Positions 1 through 9,173 are shown, counted from the stretch's first letter. The stretch: DNA of 55,103 nucleotides from Candidatus Babeliales bacterium (GCA_016929235.1 JAFGJD010000002.1:1-55103), one strand, 5' to 3'. Notes: generated by a model from the letters alone, not told the origin. Numbers and translations are program-made.

Positions 1-3
1 AGT

Positions 4-606
4 CTAAAATGGTCGCCGCTCTGATAATGCTTTATACACAGTCACACGGTCCATGTATTCCAATGATGATCCAACTGGGACGCCACGCGCTAAACACGTT
101 ATCTTCAATCCCTCCGCCCCTTTAAGTTTGTGCGCAATGTACGCAGATGTTGCTTCACCCTCTGGCGTTTGGTTCATTGCTAAAATGATTTCTTTCACAT
201 CAGAGGCAATGCGCTTCAGTAACAGATCCACTGTAAGATCATCAACGTCAATACCGTCAAGCGGCGATAGTGCACCACCAAGAATGTGATACATCCCTTT
301 GTATCCACCCGTCTTTTCAATCGCAAGTAATTCTTGCCACGATTCAACAACACAAATCACGGAATGATCCCGTTTGGGCGAAGAACAAAAATAACACGCG
401 TGATTTTGCTCAACCCACGTACAACAGATCGGACAACGACTAATATTTTTCTGTGCCTCACGAATACGATCACAAAACAATTCTATCTGCTGTTCATCCA
501 TAGAAAGAAAATGTGTTGCAACACGATACAGGTTCTTAGAAGCAAGATAGGGAACCTGTTGTAGCGTTTTTAGGAGTCGAGAAAGCGATGGAAGATGATC
601 AACCAT
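4..606 (-). CDS. recR: Recombination mediator RecR
   Basis: 200 aa; Cys4 zinc finger (CPIC...CYFC) and Toprim motifs ICVVE, LGGALSPLDG, TPEGEATS, LARGVPVG. Confidence 0.96.
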   Translation of the reverse strand: MVDHLPSLSRLLKTLQQVPYLASKNLYRVATHFLSMDEQQIELFCDRIREAQKNISRCPICCTWVEQNHACYFCSSPKRDHSVICVVESWQELLAIEKTGGYKGMYHILGGALSPLDGIDVDDLTVDLLLKRIASDVKEIILAMNQTPEGEATSAYIAHKLKGAEGLKITCLARGVPVGSSLEYMDRVTVYKALSERRPF

Positions 607-618
607 ACGATATCCCTG

Positions 619-2187
619 TTACAAAAATTTTAGTTTCTTAAGTGCGAGCGTACTCACCACCCCAACAAAGGTGCTCAATGCGAGGTATAACACTAAACCC
701 GATGAAAGACTGACCGAAAACGCACCGAATACTAATCCCATCACCAACGCTGAAATACGCGCTTGCCCCCCACCAGCAGGTGCTGGCATCAGCACCATGG
801 AGAGACATGTTGCAATAGGTAGGATGTAATATGGATCAGGTGCAGATAAATCGGGGATCCATAAAAATGGAACTTTATATAAGGCTAATGACGAACGCAA
901 AATAGACGCGAGTGCAAAAAAGATCGGCATCTGGAGTAATGACGGCAAGCAGCCGATCATTGCGCCGAATTGCTCCTGTGCAAGCTTCATTTGTTCTTGT
1001 TGAAGTTTTTCAGGATCATTCTTGTATTTGCGTTTAATATGTTCTTCTTTCTTTTTTAAGTTGCCTATTTTCGATGTCGTTTTTTGTTGACTAAAGCTCA
1101 ACGGAATAAGCAAAAGCCTAAACAAAATGGTAAGTAGCACAATTGCCCAACCAAAGTTATGCGTTCGCGTGTTGAACCATCTCAAAAGCTTCAAAATCGG
1201 TTTGGCAATAAAACCAAGCCATCCATAATTCAAAAGAGATTCAAGCCGCTTATCGACGCCAGCAATAGCTTTCTGCTCCTTTGGCCCGAGGTAAAATGAA
1301 AGATTCCACGTTGTTTCTTTTGAAATCACTGGGCCTTCTAATATTGGAGCAATACGTTCCGGTTCAACTTTAAAATAACCGCGTTGAGCAAAATTATGAG
1401 CATCATGAATCATAGCTGTAGCGAAATATCTACTCGATGCACCAAACAACGTTGGCTGTTTCCATATTTCATCATCAAGCGTTCGCACTGACCGACTTCG
1501 TGCGTACTGCATAATCGGCTTATGTAGCTCTTGCACAATGCCACCAATCTGTTCATTACTAGAGTTTTCCGCAAGATAAGGCGAAACAAAGAATAGTCTC
1601 GCCTGAACCCCATCTCCATGCGGATCTATCGTTAAGGAAAGATCTAGCTGATGCTTATCTTTGTGGAGCGTAAAGAGCTTCGTAATAGCTCCTCGCTCAC
1701 TGTGTCCGTGGTACTTGAGTACAACCTTCAGCTCATCTTCATCATGTGAGACAAGTTCATAGTAGAATGGTGTTTCTCTGTCGAGTGCAATTAAAAAAGG
1801 ACTTTGTTCTTTCTCATAGAGTGTTAGGTCAGGAAGTGTTGCAAGCCATTGCGGATGCTGCGTATTGCCATGCCGAAAATCAGCTTTTCGTAGCGATGCG
1901 CCATAGGATGAAAATGTAAATCTTCCATAGCTGGTGATTACATCGGTAAGGGCTTCTTTTTGGGCCTTCCCGTCAGCAAAATCAATTTCCTTATTAACTG
2001 TAATTATCTCCTCCTGCTGCTCTGATTCAGGATTCGATGGGCCCATGAACATACTCAGCATCCAGTTAAGCGTGAATGCTGCCGCAGCAATAAATAAGAT
2101 ATCCTTTGTTTTTAAGGAAAAACGCTGAATCAACCATTGTCCTACAAAAAAAAGGCCGACCCACAATAAAATACTTGCTATATTCAT
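619..2187 (-). CDS. yidC: Membrane protein insertase YidC
   Basis: Large periplasmic domain followed by the YGWLGFI...NFGWAIVLLTILFRLLLIPL, GCLP.L.QMPIFFAL and WIPDLSAPDPYYILP core motifs. Confidence 0.95.
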   Translation of the reverse strand: MNIASILLWVGLFFVGQWLIQRFSLKTKDILFIAAAAFTLNWMLSMFMGPSNPESEQQEEIITVNKEIDFADGKAQKEALTDVITSYGRFTFSSYGASLRKADFRHGNTQHPQWLATLPDLTLYEKEQSPFLIALDRETPFYYELVSHDEDELKVVLKYHGHSERGAITKLFTLHKDKHQLDLSLTIDPHGDGVQARLFFVSPYLAENSSNEQIGGIVQELHKPIMQYARSRSVRTLDDEIWKQPTLFGASSRYFATAMIHDAHNFAQRGYFKVEPERIAPILEGPVISKETTWNLSFYLGPKEQKAIAGVDKRLESLLNYGWLGFIAKPILKLLRWFNTRTHNFGWAIVLLTILFRLLLIPLSFSQQKTTSKIGNLKKKEEHIKRKYKNDPEKLQQEQMKLAQEQFGAMIGCLPSLLQMPIFFALASILRSSLALYKVPFLWIPDLSAPDPYYILPIATCLSMVLMPAPAGGGQARISALVMGLVFGAFSVSLSSGLVLYLALSTFVGVVSTLALKKLKFL

Positions 2188-2377
2188 TGATGAATACCCT
2201 TGCTAACGAGGATTATGAGGAAACTGTGCCCAATGATACCAAAGAAGCCCATAAGATACAATTTACAGAGCCAGTAAGTTTAGGTATAACTCACAAAGAC
2301 GTTCGTGTTTTGCGTGCTTAGTTACCCATCTGTGCGTCCGGAGTATAAAGAAGAGTTTCAAGTAAAGAAGGGCTAGT

Positions 2378-2728
2378 ATGAGAATGCAAAAACGGCAGTT
2401 CCGAATCGGAGAACTTGCAGAGTACTTGGGCGTGGAACGCTTCGTCATTCGTTTTTGGGAAAAAGAATTCAATCTACGGCCAACACGCTCAGAAGGCGGA
2501 CAACGGTTTTACGAAGAAAGAGATCTCGAACGCATGCAAAAAATTAAGCAGCTTTTGTATGAAGAAGGATTTACCATCGCAGGCGCAAAAAAAGCTTTGA
2601 AATCAAAAAAAGACAAGCCTATTGTTGCATCCCAAAAAACAACATTTGATGAAACACTACCCGAAAACGTCACCCATAGACTTAAGACTATTAAGAAAAA
2701 ATTACTCGCATTAAGACAGCAACTATAA
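2378..2728 (+). CDS. MerR-family HTH transcriptional regulator
   Basis: FRIGELAEYLGV..FVIRFWEKEF..P.RSEGGQRFY and LLYEEGFTIAGAK. Confidence 0.9.
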   Translation: MRMQKRQFRIGELAEYLGVERFVIRFWEKEFNLRPTRSEGGQRFYEERDLERMQKIKQLLYEEGFTIAGAKKALKSKKDKPIVASQKTTFDETLPENVTHRLKTIKKKLLALRQQL

Positions 2729-2737
2729 ACGGGACTC

Positions 2738-4126
2738 ATGTATAATAAGAAAGCGCACCTTCATTTTGTTGGTATCGGTGGTATTGGTATGAGTGGTATT
2801 GCCAAGGTACTACGCTATCAAGGCTATACAATTTCAGGTTGCGACCTGGATATGAAACAAATGAGTATTACCGAACTAAAAGAACTCGGTTGCGCCATCA
2901 GCCATGGTCACAATACCGCTATCTGTCAAGATCAATCTATTGATATCTTAGTTTACTCGTCTGCAGTGAAGACAACCAATCCCGAACTTTTGGCAGCACA
3001 AACACGAGGCATTCCAACCATTCCTCGCGCACTAATGCTTGCAGAATTAATGAGAACAAAATATTCAGTTGCAATCGCAGGATCACACGGGAAAACCACA
3101 ACAACATCCATGATCTCGCATGTGCTCATCGAAGCTGGGCTCGATCCTACCATTATTATTGGCGGTCATCTTAAAAACATCTCGGCTCATGCGCGCTTGG
3201 GTAAGGGAGATTTTCTTGTTGCCGAAGCAGATGAAAGTGATCGCTCATTACTCAATTTGCAAGCAACCATGGCGGTACTTACTAATATTGATCTAGAACA
3301 TCTAGAAACGTACACAGATCTTGATGATGTTAAGGCAACATTTACACGTTTTTTAAATAATCTTCCATTTTATGGAAAAGCATTTCTATGCATTGATGAC
3401 CCGAACATTCAATCAATTCTTCCAATCGCACACCTCAAAACAATCAAATATGGATTCTCTCAGGAACTTGCGGATCTCTTTGCAACTAATGTTATCTTGA
3501 ATGTGGATCATTCAACGTGTGTAGTAGCTACAAAGCAAGGAGAGCTTGGGCCTATCATCATTCCAATGCCGGGACGTCATAACGTCTTGAATGCCTTAGC
3601 AACTTGCGCCTTAGCTCGAGAATTGGGCGTCACCTTCGATATGATCACGCAGGCTCTTGCATCGTTCAAGGGCGTAGAACGGCGATTCAGTTATAAGGGG
3701 ACATTTGCAGGCGCAGAACTGTTTGATGACTATGGACATCATCCGGTCGAAATAAAAAACACGCTCGAAGTTGCACGAAAACGAACACAAGGAAATTTAA
3801 CAGTCGTATTCCAACCGCATCGGTACTCACGAACACACAAGCTATGGGAACAGTTCATCGACATGTTCTTAGAAAGTAATATAGATCACCTCATCATCAC
3901 CGATATTTATGCAGCAAGTGAAGCTCCTATTGCAGAAATTACTGGTGAAAATTTCGTCAAAGCAATACGCCAACGCAATCCAAGATTCACCATTCATTAC
4001 GCTCCCTACGAAGAGACGTTCCACGAAATCAAAAAAATTCTCACTCAACTCGCTCGTCAAAACGACCTAATTCTGTTACAAGGTGCGGGCAAGATCAATC
4101 AACTCGCAGAGGACCTCGGAACCTAA
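2738..4126 (+). CDS. murC: UDP-N-acetylmuramate--L-alanine ligase
   Basis: GIGGIGMSG, GSHGKTTT, EADESD, DDYGHHP.EI and FQPHRYSRT motifs. Confidence 0.97.
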   Translation: MYNKKAHLHFVGIGGIGMSGIAKVLRYQGYTISGCDLDMKQMSITELKELGCAISHGHNTAICQDQSIDILVYSSAVKTTNPELLAAQTRGIPTIPRALMLAELMRTKYSVAIAGSHGKTTTTSMISHVLIEAGLDPTIIIGGHLKNISAHARLGKGDFLVAEADESDRSLLNLQATMAVLTNIDLEHLETYTDLDDVKATFTRFLNNLPFYGKAFLCIDDPNIQSILPIAHLKTIKYGFSQELADLFATNVILNVDHSTCVVATKQGELGPIIIPMPGRHNVLNALATCALARELGVTFDMITQALASFKGVERRFSYKGTFAGAELFDDYGHHPVEIKNTLEVARKRTQGNLTVVFQPHRYSRTHKLWEQFIDMFLESNIDHLIITDIYAASEAPIAEITGENFVKAIRQRNPRFTIHYAPYEETFHEIKKILTQLARQNDLILLQGAGKINQLAEDLGT

Positions 4127-4882
4127 TTACGATTTTCCAGGAACTGCTGTAGTCGATGGAGGCGCAACCGATGTTGGAGGAACTGGCCCTTCATCAGATG
4201 AGAACGGCGTCGTTACTACTTCTTGCTGTCTTTCAAGTTCTGCATCTTTCGCAGCAAGGTCACGATCCGCAGTATCAAGATCGCTCACAATAGAATCGAT
4301 AAGCGGTAATTGCCGCAATAATCCGGTATCAATAGACTGCAACTGCATCCTGCTTGAGGAGAGAAGAGCTCCTACATTTGCTAACAATCCAATAGCTAAA
4401 TTGACAGCATCGATTGCCGGAGCAAGAAATGCACCTGCAACTAGATCACCAAGTGACCCTAAGCCATGTAGCAAATCATATAATGGCTTCACCGCCCATC
4501 CATAAATAACATTGTCTTTTGCTTTTTTGAGATCATCCATAAATTTCGCAATGCCAAGATTTCGAATCTGAGAACGCGTACTATCCATTGATTGTTTAAC
4601 GCTTTGTACAAGAGTAAGCTGTGCGCCCTGCTGATCTTTCAGTAGCTGCAACTGCTGCATACCATCATTCTTTAAACCAGTCTCAGCTTCTTGCAAACCA
4701 CTTTTTAGCTCCAACAAATTTTGTTTCACTATTGCTATCTGACTTCGCATCTGAGCAATGGCCTGTCTTTGTGTAGCGATGAGAGATGATGGCCCTTCCG
4801 ATCCGCCAGGACTCATTGCTGCAAAAATCAAGCTTGCTGCTGCACCGCACACCACTATCCACAGTAGATATTTTTTCATCAT
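4127..4882 (-). CDS. Secreted coiled-coil hypothetical protein with central hydrophobic segment
   Basis: Start reassigned to MMKKYLL (GAGGAG SD upstream); signal peptide, heptad-rich helices, P/S/T-rich tail. Confidence 0.75.
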   Translation of the reverse strand: MMKKYLLWIVVCGAAASLIFAAMSPGGSEGPSSLIATQRQAIAQMRSQIAIVKQNLLELKSGLQEAETGLKNDGMQQLQLLKDQQGAQLTLVQSVKQSMDSTRSQIRNLGIAKFMDDLKKAKDNVIYGWAVKPLYDLLHGLGSLGDLVAGAFLAPAIDAVNLAIGLLANVGALLSSSRMQLQSIDTGLLRQLPLIDSIVSDLDTADRDLAAKDAELERQQEVVTTPFSSDEGPVPPTSVAPPSTTAVPGKS

Positions 4883-4901
4883 GGTCACACATCTCCTCGT
4901 G

Positions 4902-5483
4902 CTATATATGAATACCAACAGTTGCTAATGCATCCGCATATGGTTTAATCGCATTTTTCCAACTATTCAGTGTGGATTTTGCTGTATTACAACCCAATAC
5001 ACCGCGATTTTTTGTCTGATCTAAATCTGATAGAATCCGATCCATCGAAGGGATCATGTCTGGGATATGCTTTGTAGTAATTGGATCGATTAGTGCCACG
5101 CCTTGATCAATAATAGTAGTTAAATTATCCGATAGCTCCACAATCTTCTCAAGGGTCCTGCTCAAATTAACAGATGTAAAATGCCACTCATACAACTGAT
5201 GAGCCACATCGACCGTCTCTGGATCTTGCGCATTTGCCTTGACCTCAGCTAACTGAGGTTTTTTGTTTTGAAGAACTAGTAACTGTGCTTCAAGCTTCTC
5301 TTTAGCAGGATCAAGTTGAGCTTTCACATTAGAAATACCCGTCTTCGCTTGATCAACTTTCGTTTGAATAGCAGATTTTGTAGCGTTTACAGAAGTAACT
5401 GCACTTTCTATCCCTCCAATTATGCCCCCGTACGCAACACCTCCTGTATATGCGATGCTCACTATAAAAAAAAATTTCTTCAC
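4902..5483 (-). CDS. Secreted helical hypothetical protein
   Basis: Probable GTG start at 5483 after GGGGAG; KKFFFIVSIAYTGGVAYG signal-like N-terminus; amphipathic helices. Confidence 0.7.
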   Translation of the reverse strand: MKKFFFIVSIAYTGGVAYGGIIGGIESAVTSVNATKSAIQTKVDQAKTGISNVKAQLDPAKEKLEAQLLVLQNKKPQLAEVKANAQDPETVDVAHQLYEWHFTSVNLSRTLEKIVELSDNLTTIIDQGVALIDPITTKHIPDMIPSMDRILSDLDQTKNRGVLGCNTAKSTLNSWKNAIKPYADALATVGIHI

Positions 5484-5640
5484 AATGTAACTCCCCATAA
5501 AAGACACTTCACTTTTCCCTTAGTAGCATATCTAATCAAGCCTAAAAAACACAAGGACCAACCCATATCCATTGCATCCAGATGCTTAGATTGTGTATAG
5601 TACAAGAGTAAGGGAAAATGATTGGTTAGGGGAGATTGTC

Positions 5641-6033
5641 ATGAAACGTATAACCGGTATTTTAGCGCTCGTTTTAGCCGCCAACGGCATATACGCTGAC
5701 CATGGTCACGCGACGGCGGCAGGCTTTGGTGGATTTGCAGCAGGAACTCTTGTAGGAACTGCTATTTCAAACAATCGAGGCTATAGAGACCCAGTTGCAG
5801 AGGCTGAAGCTGATGCTATTCGCGAAGAAACACGCCAAGCACGTAAAGAACGGCTCGCTGCAGAACGAGTAGATAAAGACGACAACAAAAGCAGTCTCAG
5901 AAAACAAAACGAAGAGTTAAAAGAACAAAATAAGCAACTGCAAGAACAAATCGCAGAACTCACTAAGACAATCCAGGAACTCAATGCTCGTCTAGGGCAA
6001 GCCCCAGCACAACAGGGTTCATGGTGGTGGTAA
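5641..6033 (+). CDS. Secreted glycine-zipper/coiled-coil hypothetical protein
   Basis: ATG after GGGAG; signal peptide ending IYA; GFGGFAAGTLVG glycine zipper; heptad coiled coil; C-terminal WWW. Confidence 0.75.
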   Translation: MKRITGILALVLAANGIYADHGHATAAGFGGFAAGTLVGTAISNNRGYRDPVAEAEADAIREETRQARKERLAAERVDKDDNKSSLRKQNEELKEQNKQLQEQIAELTKTIQELNARLGQAPAQQGSWWW

Positions 6034-6061
6034 AAGACCATTAAAAATAACGTTCATCCGT

Positions 6062-6104
6062 AGCATGATGGGTACAATGCACCAGTATCCGTCATGCTTT
6101 TTTT
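6062..6104 (+). terminator. Putative intrinsic terminator
   Basis: gcatgatgggtac/gtatccgtcatgc stem (with G-U pairs) followed by T7, downstream of 5641..6033. Confidence 0.55.
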
Positions 6105-6487
6105 GTACCAGAGATGATATGAATAGCCACCTTAGTTCGTAGCCGCTGAATCGTTACCACACACAAAGTATACGGCTTATCAAATACTAATAATGCCTGA
6201 TCACCCACAAAGGAACCGAGCTCCAGCCATCCCGCACGCTCCATCTCCGACTGATAAAACTCAACCACATCCTGATATGGTAATTTACTTGTATATGATA
6301 ACTCATGGGTATCAAGGATAGGATCATTGAGGCGTGAGGCCCCAACTAAGGCATCAATTAAGACCGGGACATCAGAAAGCTTTGCTTCCTGAACCGTCAC
6401 ATCACGAATAACAACAGTTTTTTTTTGAGAGCCACACGAACTGATGCTTGCCAGTATCCCTAGATACAACAGCATGCGCAGATACAT
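6092..6487 (-). CDS. Putative lipoprotein
   Basis: Hydrophobic N-terminus with lipobox-like ISSC; FYQSEMERAGW segment. Confidence 0.7.
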   Translation of the reverse strand: MYLRMLLYLGILASISSCGSQKKTVVIRDVTVQEAKLSDVPVLIDALVGASRLNDPILDTHELSYTSKLPYQDVVEFYQSEMERAGWLELGSFVGDQALLVFDKPYTLCVVTIQRLRTKVAIHIISGTKKA

Positions 6488-6507
6488 GGACCCCTCCTTG
6501 GCTTGAA

Positions 6508-6933
6508 TTATTCAGCAGCCTGTTCTATTGCCGCTTCAGGAGCCTCTTGTGCAACTTCTACTTGATCTCGTGCCACGATCTTTTCTTTCACACGACCTGC
6601 CTTACCAACGCGATCACGAAGGTAGTACAGTTTTGCTCTGCAGACATCACCCTTGCGTTTGAGAGTGATTGAATCGATGACAGGAGAATAAAAAGGATAG
6701 ATACGCTCTACAGGAACACCGTTTGCTCCGATTTTTCGGACAGTAAACGTAGAGGATGCACCATTATGCTTAATACTGATGACATCGCCTTCAAAAGCCT
6801 GGAGTCGTTCTTTATTTCCTTCTTTGATGCGCTGCGATACAACAATGCGATCACCGGCAGCAAACTGAGGGAAATCTCGCTTGTATGCTCCGAGGTCACG
6901 AATAGTTTCTTTGGTAAAATGTCCTGCTTTCAT
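6508..6933 (-). CDS. rplS: 50S ribosomal protein L19
   Basis: [34 protein letters not shown]. Confidence 0.98.
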   Translation of the reverse strand: MKAGHFTKETIRDLGAYKRDFPQFAAGDRIVVSQRIKEGNKERLQAFEGDVISIKHNGASSTFTVRKIGANGVPVERIYPFYSPVIDSITLKRKGDVCRAKLYYLRDRVGKAGRVKEKIVARDQVEVAQEAPEAAIEQAAE

Positions 6934-7023
6934 GAAGCCTATCCTTTTGAGAATGTCTCTGAAATCTCTACGATTTGCTATCTTGCCTATTTACTATACT
7001 GAAAAATTGGTACTCTGCCAATC

Positions 7024-8325
7024 TCATATCCGCTTGCGATTCCACCCAAGCCAGCGGTCAAAAATAACCGCTACTGCCGAACGCACAGACAAATGATTAA
7101 ATTCTGTAAAACCCGCTACCGGCAGCAATAGATAGTCACTTGAGGCAACAACCTCCGGTGCCAACCCCCTTCCAGTTCCAAATACAAGGAGAACTGGCCG
7201 CTCCTGAGACCAAACATCACCTTGGTCATAGTAGGTAATGAGCGATGGATGATCAACTTCTCGTGCCGATGTTGCTATGATCAGAGGCTTCTTTCCTTCT
7301 CTTGCCTCAATCTCCATAAGCACTTCTGATAGATTATTTTTAAGCGCAACCGATGCCAGAGCCTCTGCTCGTTGGGCATTGTAAGTTACTCCCTTACCCT
7401 CTTGCCAGAAGTCGAGCAGCGTCTGTGCTATCTGCTGCTGATCCTTTAATGGAGAAACTAAAAAGTATCCATCAAGACCGTATGTCCTTGCTGAACGAGC
7501 AATATCATGAATATCCAACGATGTAATCGAGGTTGTCCCCACCCGGTCCTGGTCAACAATCACATCACTATGCATTAATACAGCGTAGTGAGATGGAATG
7601 CATGATTTTCCTAAATTCTTTTGATGCTCGGTCATGGGACTAGTACGAAACCAGTCAAAGTGCTCCTTGATCGTCTTATAAGCTGCCTGACTTTCTCGCC
7701 ATTTTTGAAGCTCAGCATGGTTACCTGAGAGCACCACATCCGGCACCTTTTTACCGCGCCATTCCACTGGTTCAGTGAATTCTGGATAATCAACAAATGG
7801 CCCAGAAAATGAATCCTGCTCAACCGATTCTTTACGACCGATTACACCCGGAATATGTCGTAGCAATCCTTCCAAGAACAACATAGCTGGGATATCTCCG
7901 CCCATAACCACAAAGTCACCAACCGATATAACTAAGTCGGCATACTCCTGTTCCACGCGAGCATCCATACCCTCATAACGGGAGCTTGCAAGGATAACGT
8001 GATCATAGGACTGGATCTTTTTAGCAGTTGCTTCAAGGAGAGGTTGGTCAAGTTTTTTACCCTGTGGCGAAAAGAAAATACGAAACGATTTGCCATGCTT
8101 CTTATCCTGTGACGCAATTGCATCCTCTACAACACGAGGCTTAATCAACATGCCTGACCCATGCCCACAGGTAGGAGCATCGATACGCTCCTTTGGCTTT
8201 ACAAACGAAAAATAGCTCGTGACGTCAAACGAAACGAGCTTCTTTTCTTGAGCTTTTTTAACGAGACTTGTGGCAAGGAATGGACCGAATATCTCTGGGA
8301 AAACGGTCAGAATTGATATGTTCAT
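7024..8325 (-). CDS. trmD: tRNA (guanine37-N1)-methyltransferase TrmD fused to a C-terminal SPOUT RNA methyltransferase domain
   Basis: N-terminal RYEGMDARV, ISVGDFVVMGG, VPDVVLSGNHA; C-terminal TTSITSLDIHDIARSARTYG, FGTGRGL, FNHLSVRSA. Confidence 0.93.
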   Translation of the reverse strand: MNISILTVFPEIFGPFLATSLVKKAQEKKLVSFDVTSYFSFVKPKERIDAPTCGHGSGMLIKPRVVEDAIASQDKKHGKSFRIFFSPQGKKLDQPLLEATAKKIQSYDHVILASSRYEGMDARVEQEYADLVISVGDFVVMGGDIPAMLFLEGLLRHIPGVIGRKESVEQDSFSGPFVDYPEFTEPVEWRGKKVPDVVLSGNHAELQKWRESQAAYKTIKEHFDWFRTSPMTEHQKNLGKSCIPSHYAVLMHSDVIVDQDRVGTTSITSLDIHDIARSARTYGLDGYFLVSPLKDQQQIAQTLLDFWQEGKGVTYNAQRAEALASVALKNNLSEVLMEIEAREGKKPLIIATSAREVDHPSLITYYDQGDVWSQERPVLLVFGTGRGLAPEVVASSDYLLLPVAGFTEFNHLSVRSAVAVIFDRWLGWNRKRI

Positions 8326-8564
8326 GCACCCTTGGCATATTTCTTTTGGAGCTTCTTGACGGCATCGCTTGCCTGGGCGCCCTTAGCAATCCATTCCTGA
8401 ATACGATCTTTTTCAAACTTCACAAATGTACCAGTCAACGCTTCATAGGTTCCAAGATTGTCAATGTATTTCCCGTCACGGCTTTGGCGCGAGTCCACAG
8501 CCACGATACGATACACAGGTGCCTTTTTCTTACCAAAGCGAGCAAGACGAATTTTTACTGCCAT
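8322..8564 (-). CDS. rpsP: 30S ribosomal protein S16
   Basis: MAVKIRLARFGKKK.P.YRIV..DSR..RDG.YI..LG.Y; ATGA overlap with trmD. Confidence 0.98.
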   Translation of the reverse strand: MAVKIRLARFGKKKAPVYRIVAVDSRQSRDGKYIDNLGTYEALTGTFVKFEKDRIQEWIAKGAQASDAVKKLQKKYAKGA

Positions 8565-8593
8565 GCAGAGAGATCCTTATATTGATTCAAAAA

Positions 8594-9022
8594 CTAAATT
8601 TTAGGGAATCCTTTGTTATTCCTGAAAAGTTTAGCATATTGCTGACTTTGTTCAAATCGAGCAAGCATACGGTCAATATCACTCACCGTCACCCCTGCCT
8701 GCCGGGCAACCTCACGCTTACGTGAATTGGTCAATTTTCTATGGTCCATTTGCTCGGCCGGGTCCATCGCTTCAATAATTGCCTTGAAGATCTTCATCTC
8801 CTCTTCACCCCGCTTGATGACCTCAGGCGACAATGCATCCTTGGGAAGCCCGGGCATATACTTAAGCACCTTGCTCAAAGAACCCATCTTGGAGATCATA
8901 TTCATCTGATTTACAAAATCCTTAAGTGTCAGTTTTCCAGACGATGGCTGGTCCAAATGAGGCTGTGGCGGCGTCTCTTGTTTTTTTGTACGTGAAAAAA
9001 TCTTAGAAAGCTTACTAAGCAT
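8594..9022 (-). CDS. ffh: Truncated signal recognition particle protein (Ffh/SRP54 M domain only)
   Basis: LTLKDF..QM..I.KMGSL..VL..MPG and AII..M...E......L..SRK..VA...G match the M domain; no GTPase motifs; canonical ffh position upstream of rpsP; ATG at 9022 after AAGGA. Confidence 0.8.
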   Translation of the reverse strand: MLSKLSKIFSRTKKQETPPQPHLDQPSSGKLTLKDFVNQMNMISKMGSLSKVLKYMPGLPKDALSPEVIKRGEEEMKIFKAIIEAMDPAEQMDHRKLTNSRKREVARQAGVTVSDIDRMLARFEQSQQYAKLFRNNKGFPKI

Positions 9023-9173
9023 TGCATATCCTTGTATCATTATATCGATTGAATCGTCCGTTCAGTATAAGGAACTTTCTATTCATCAGCAACGCGCTAT
9101 TTTACAGATAAGCCGCAAATGAGTACATTTTCGTAGAAACGGAATAAGACCCCATCGCAAGGTTGATAACCCT

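Noticed and set aside
2188..2377. Possible yidD or rnpA upstream of yidC
   Set aside because: The minus-strand frames I read give only short ORFs without YidD (CRF.PTCS) or RnpA motifs; the region looks like a divergent promoter
2146..6427. Nine-base homopolymer runs near the 5' ends of yidC (2146-2154), the 4902..5483 gene (5466-5474) and the lipoprotein (~6418-6426) as phase-variation tracts
   Set aside because: All ORFs are in frame, one is essential, and such runs are expected in AT-rich Phe/Lys codons
9023..9173. SRP RNA (ffs) or a remnant of the Ffh NG domain
   Set aside because: No SRP helix-8 motif (CAGG...GNRA...AGCA) or GTPase motif recognisable; too short for an NG domain
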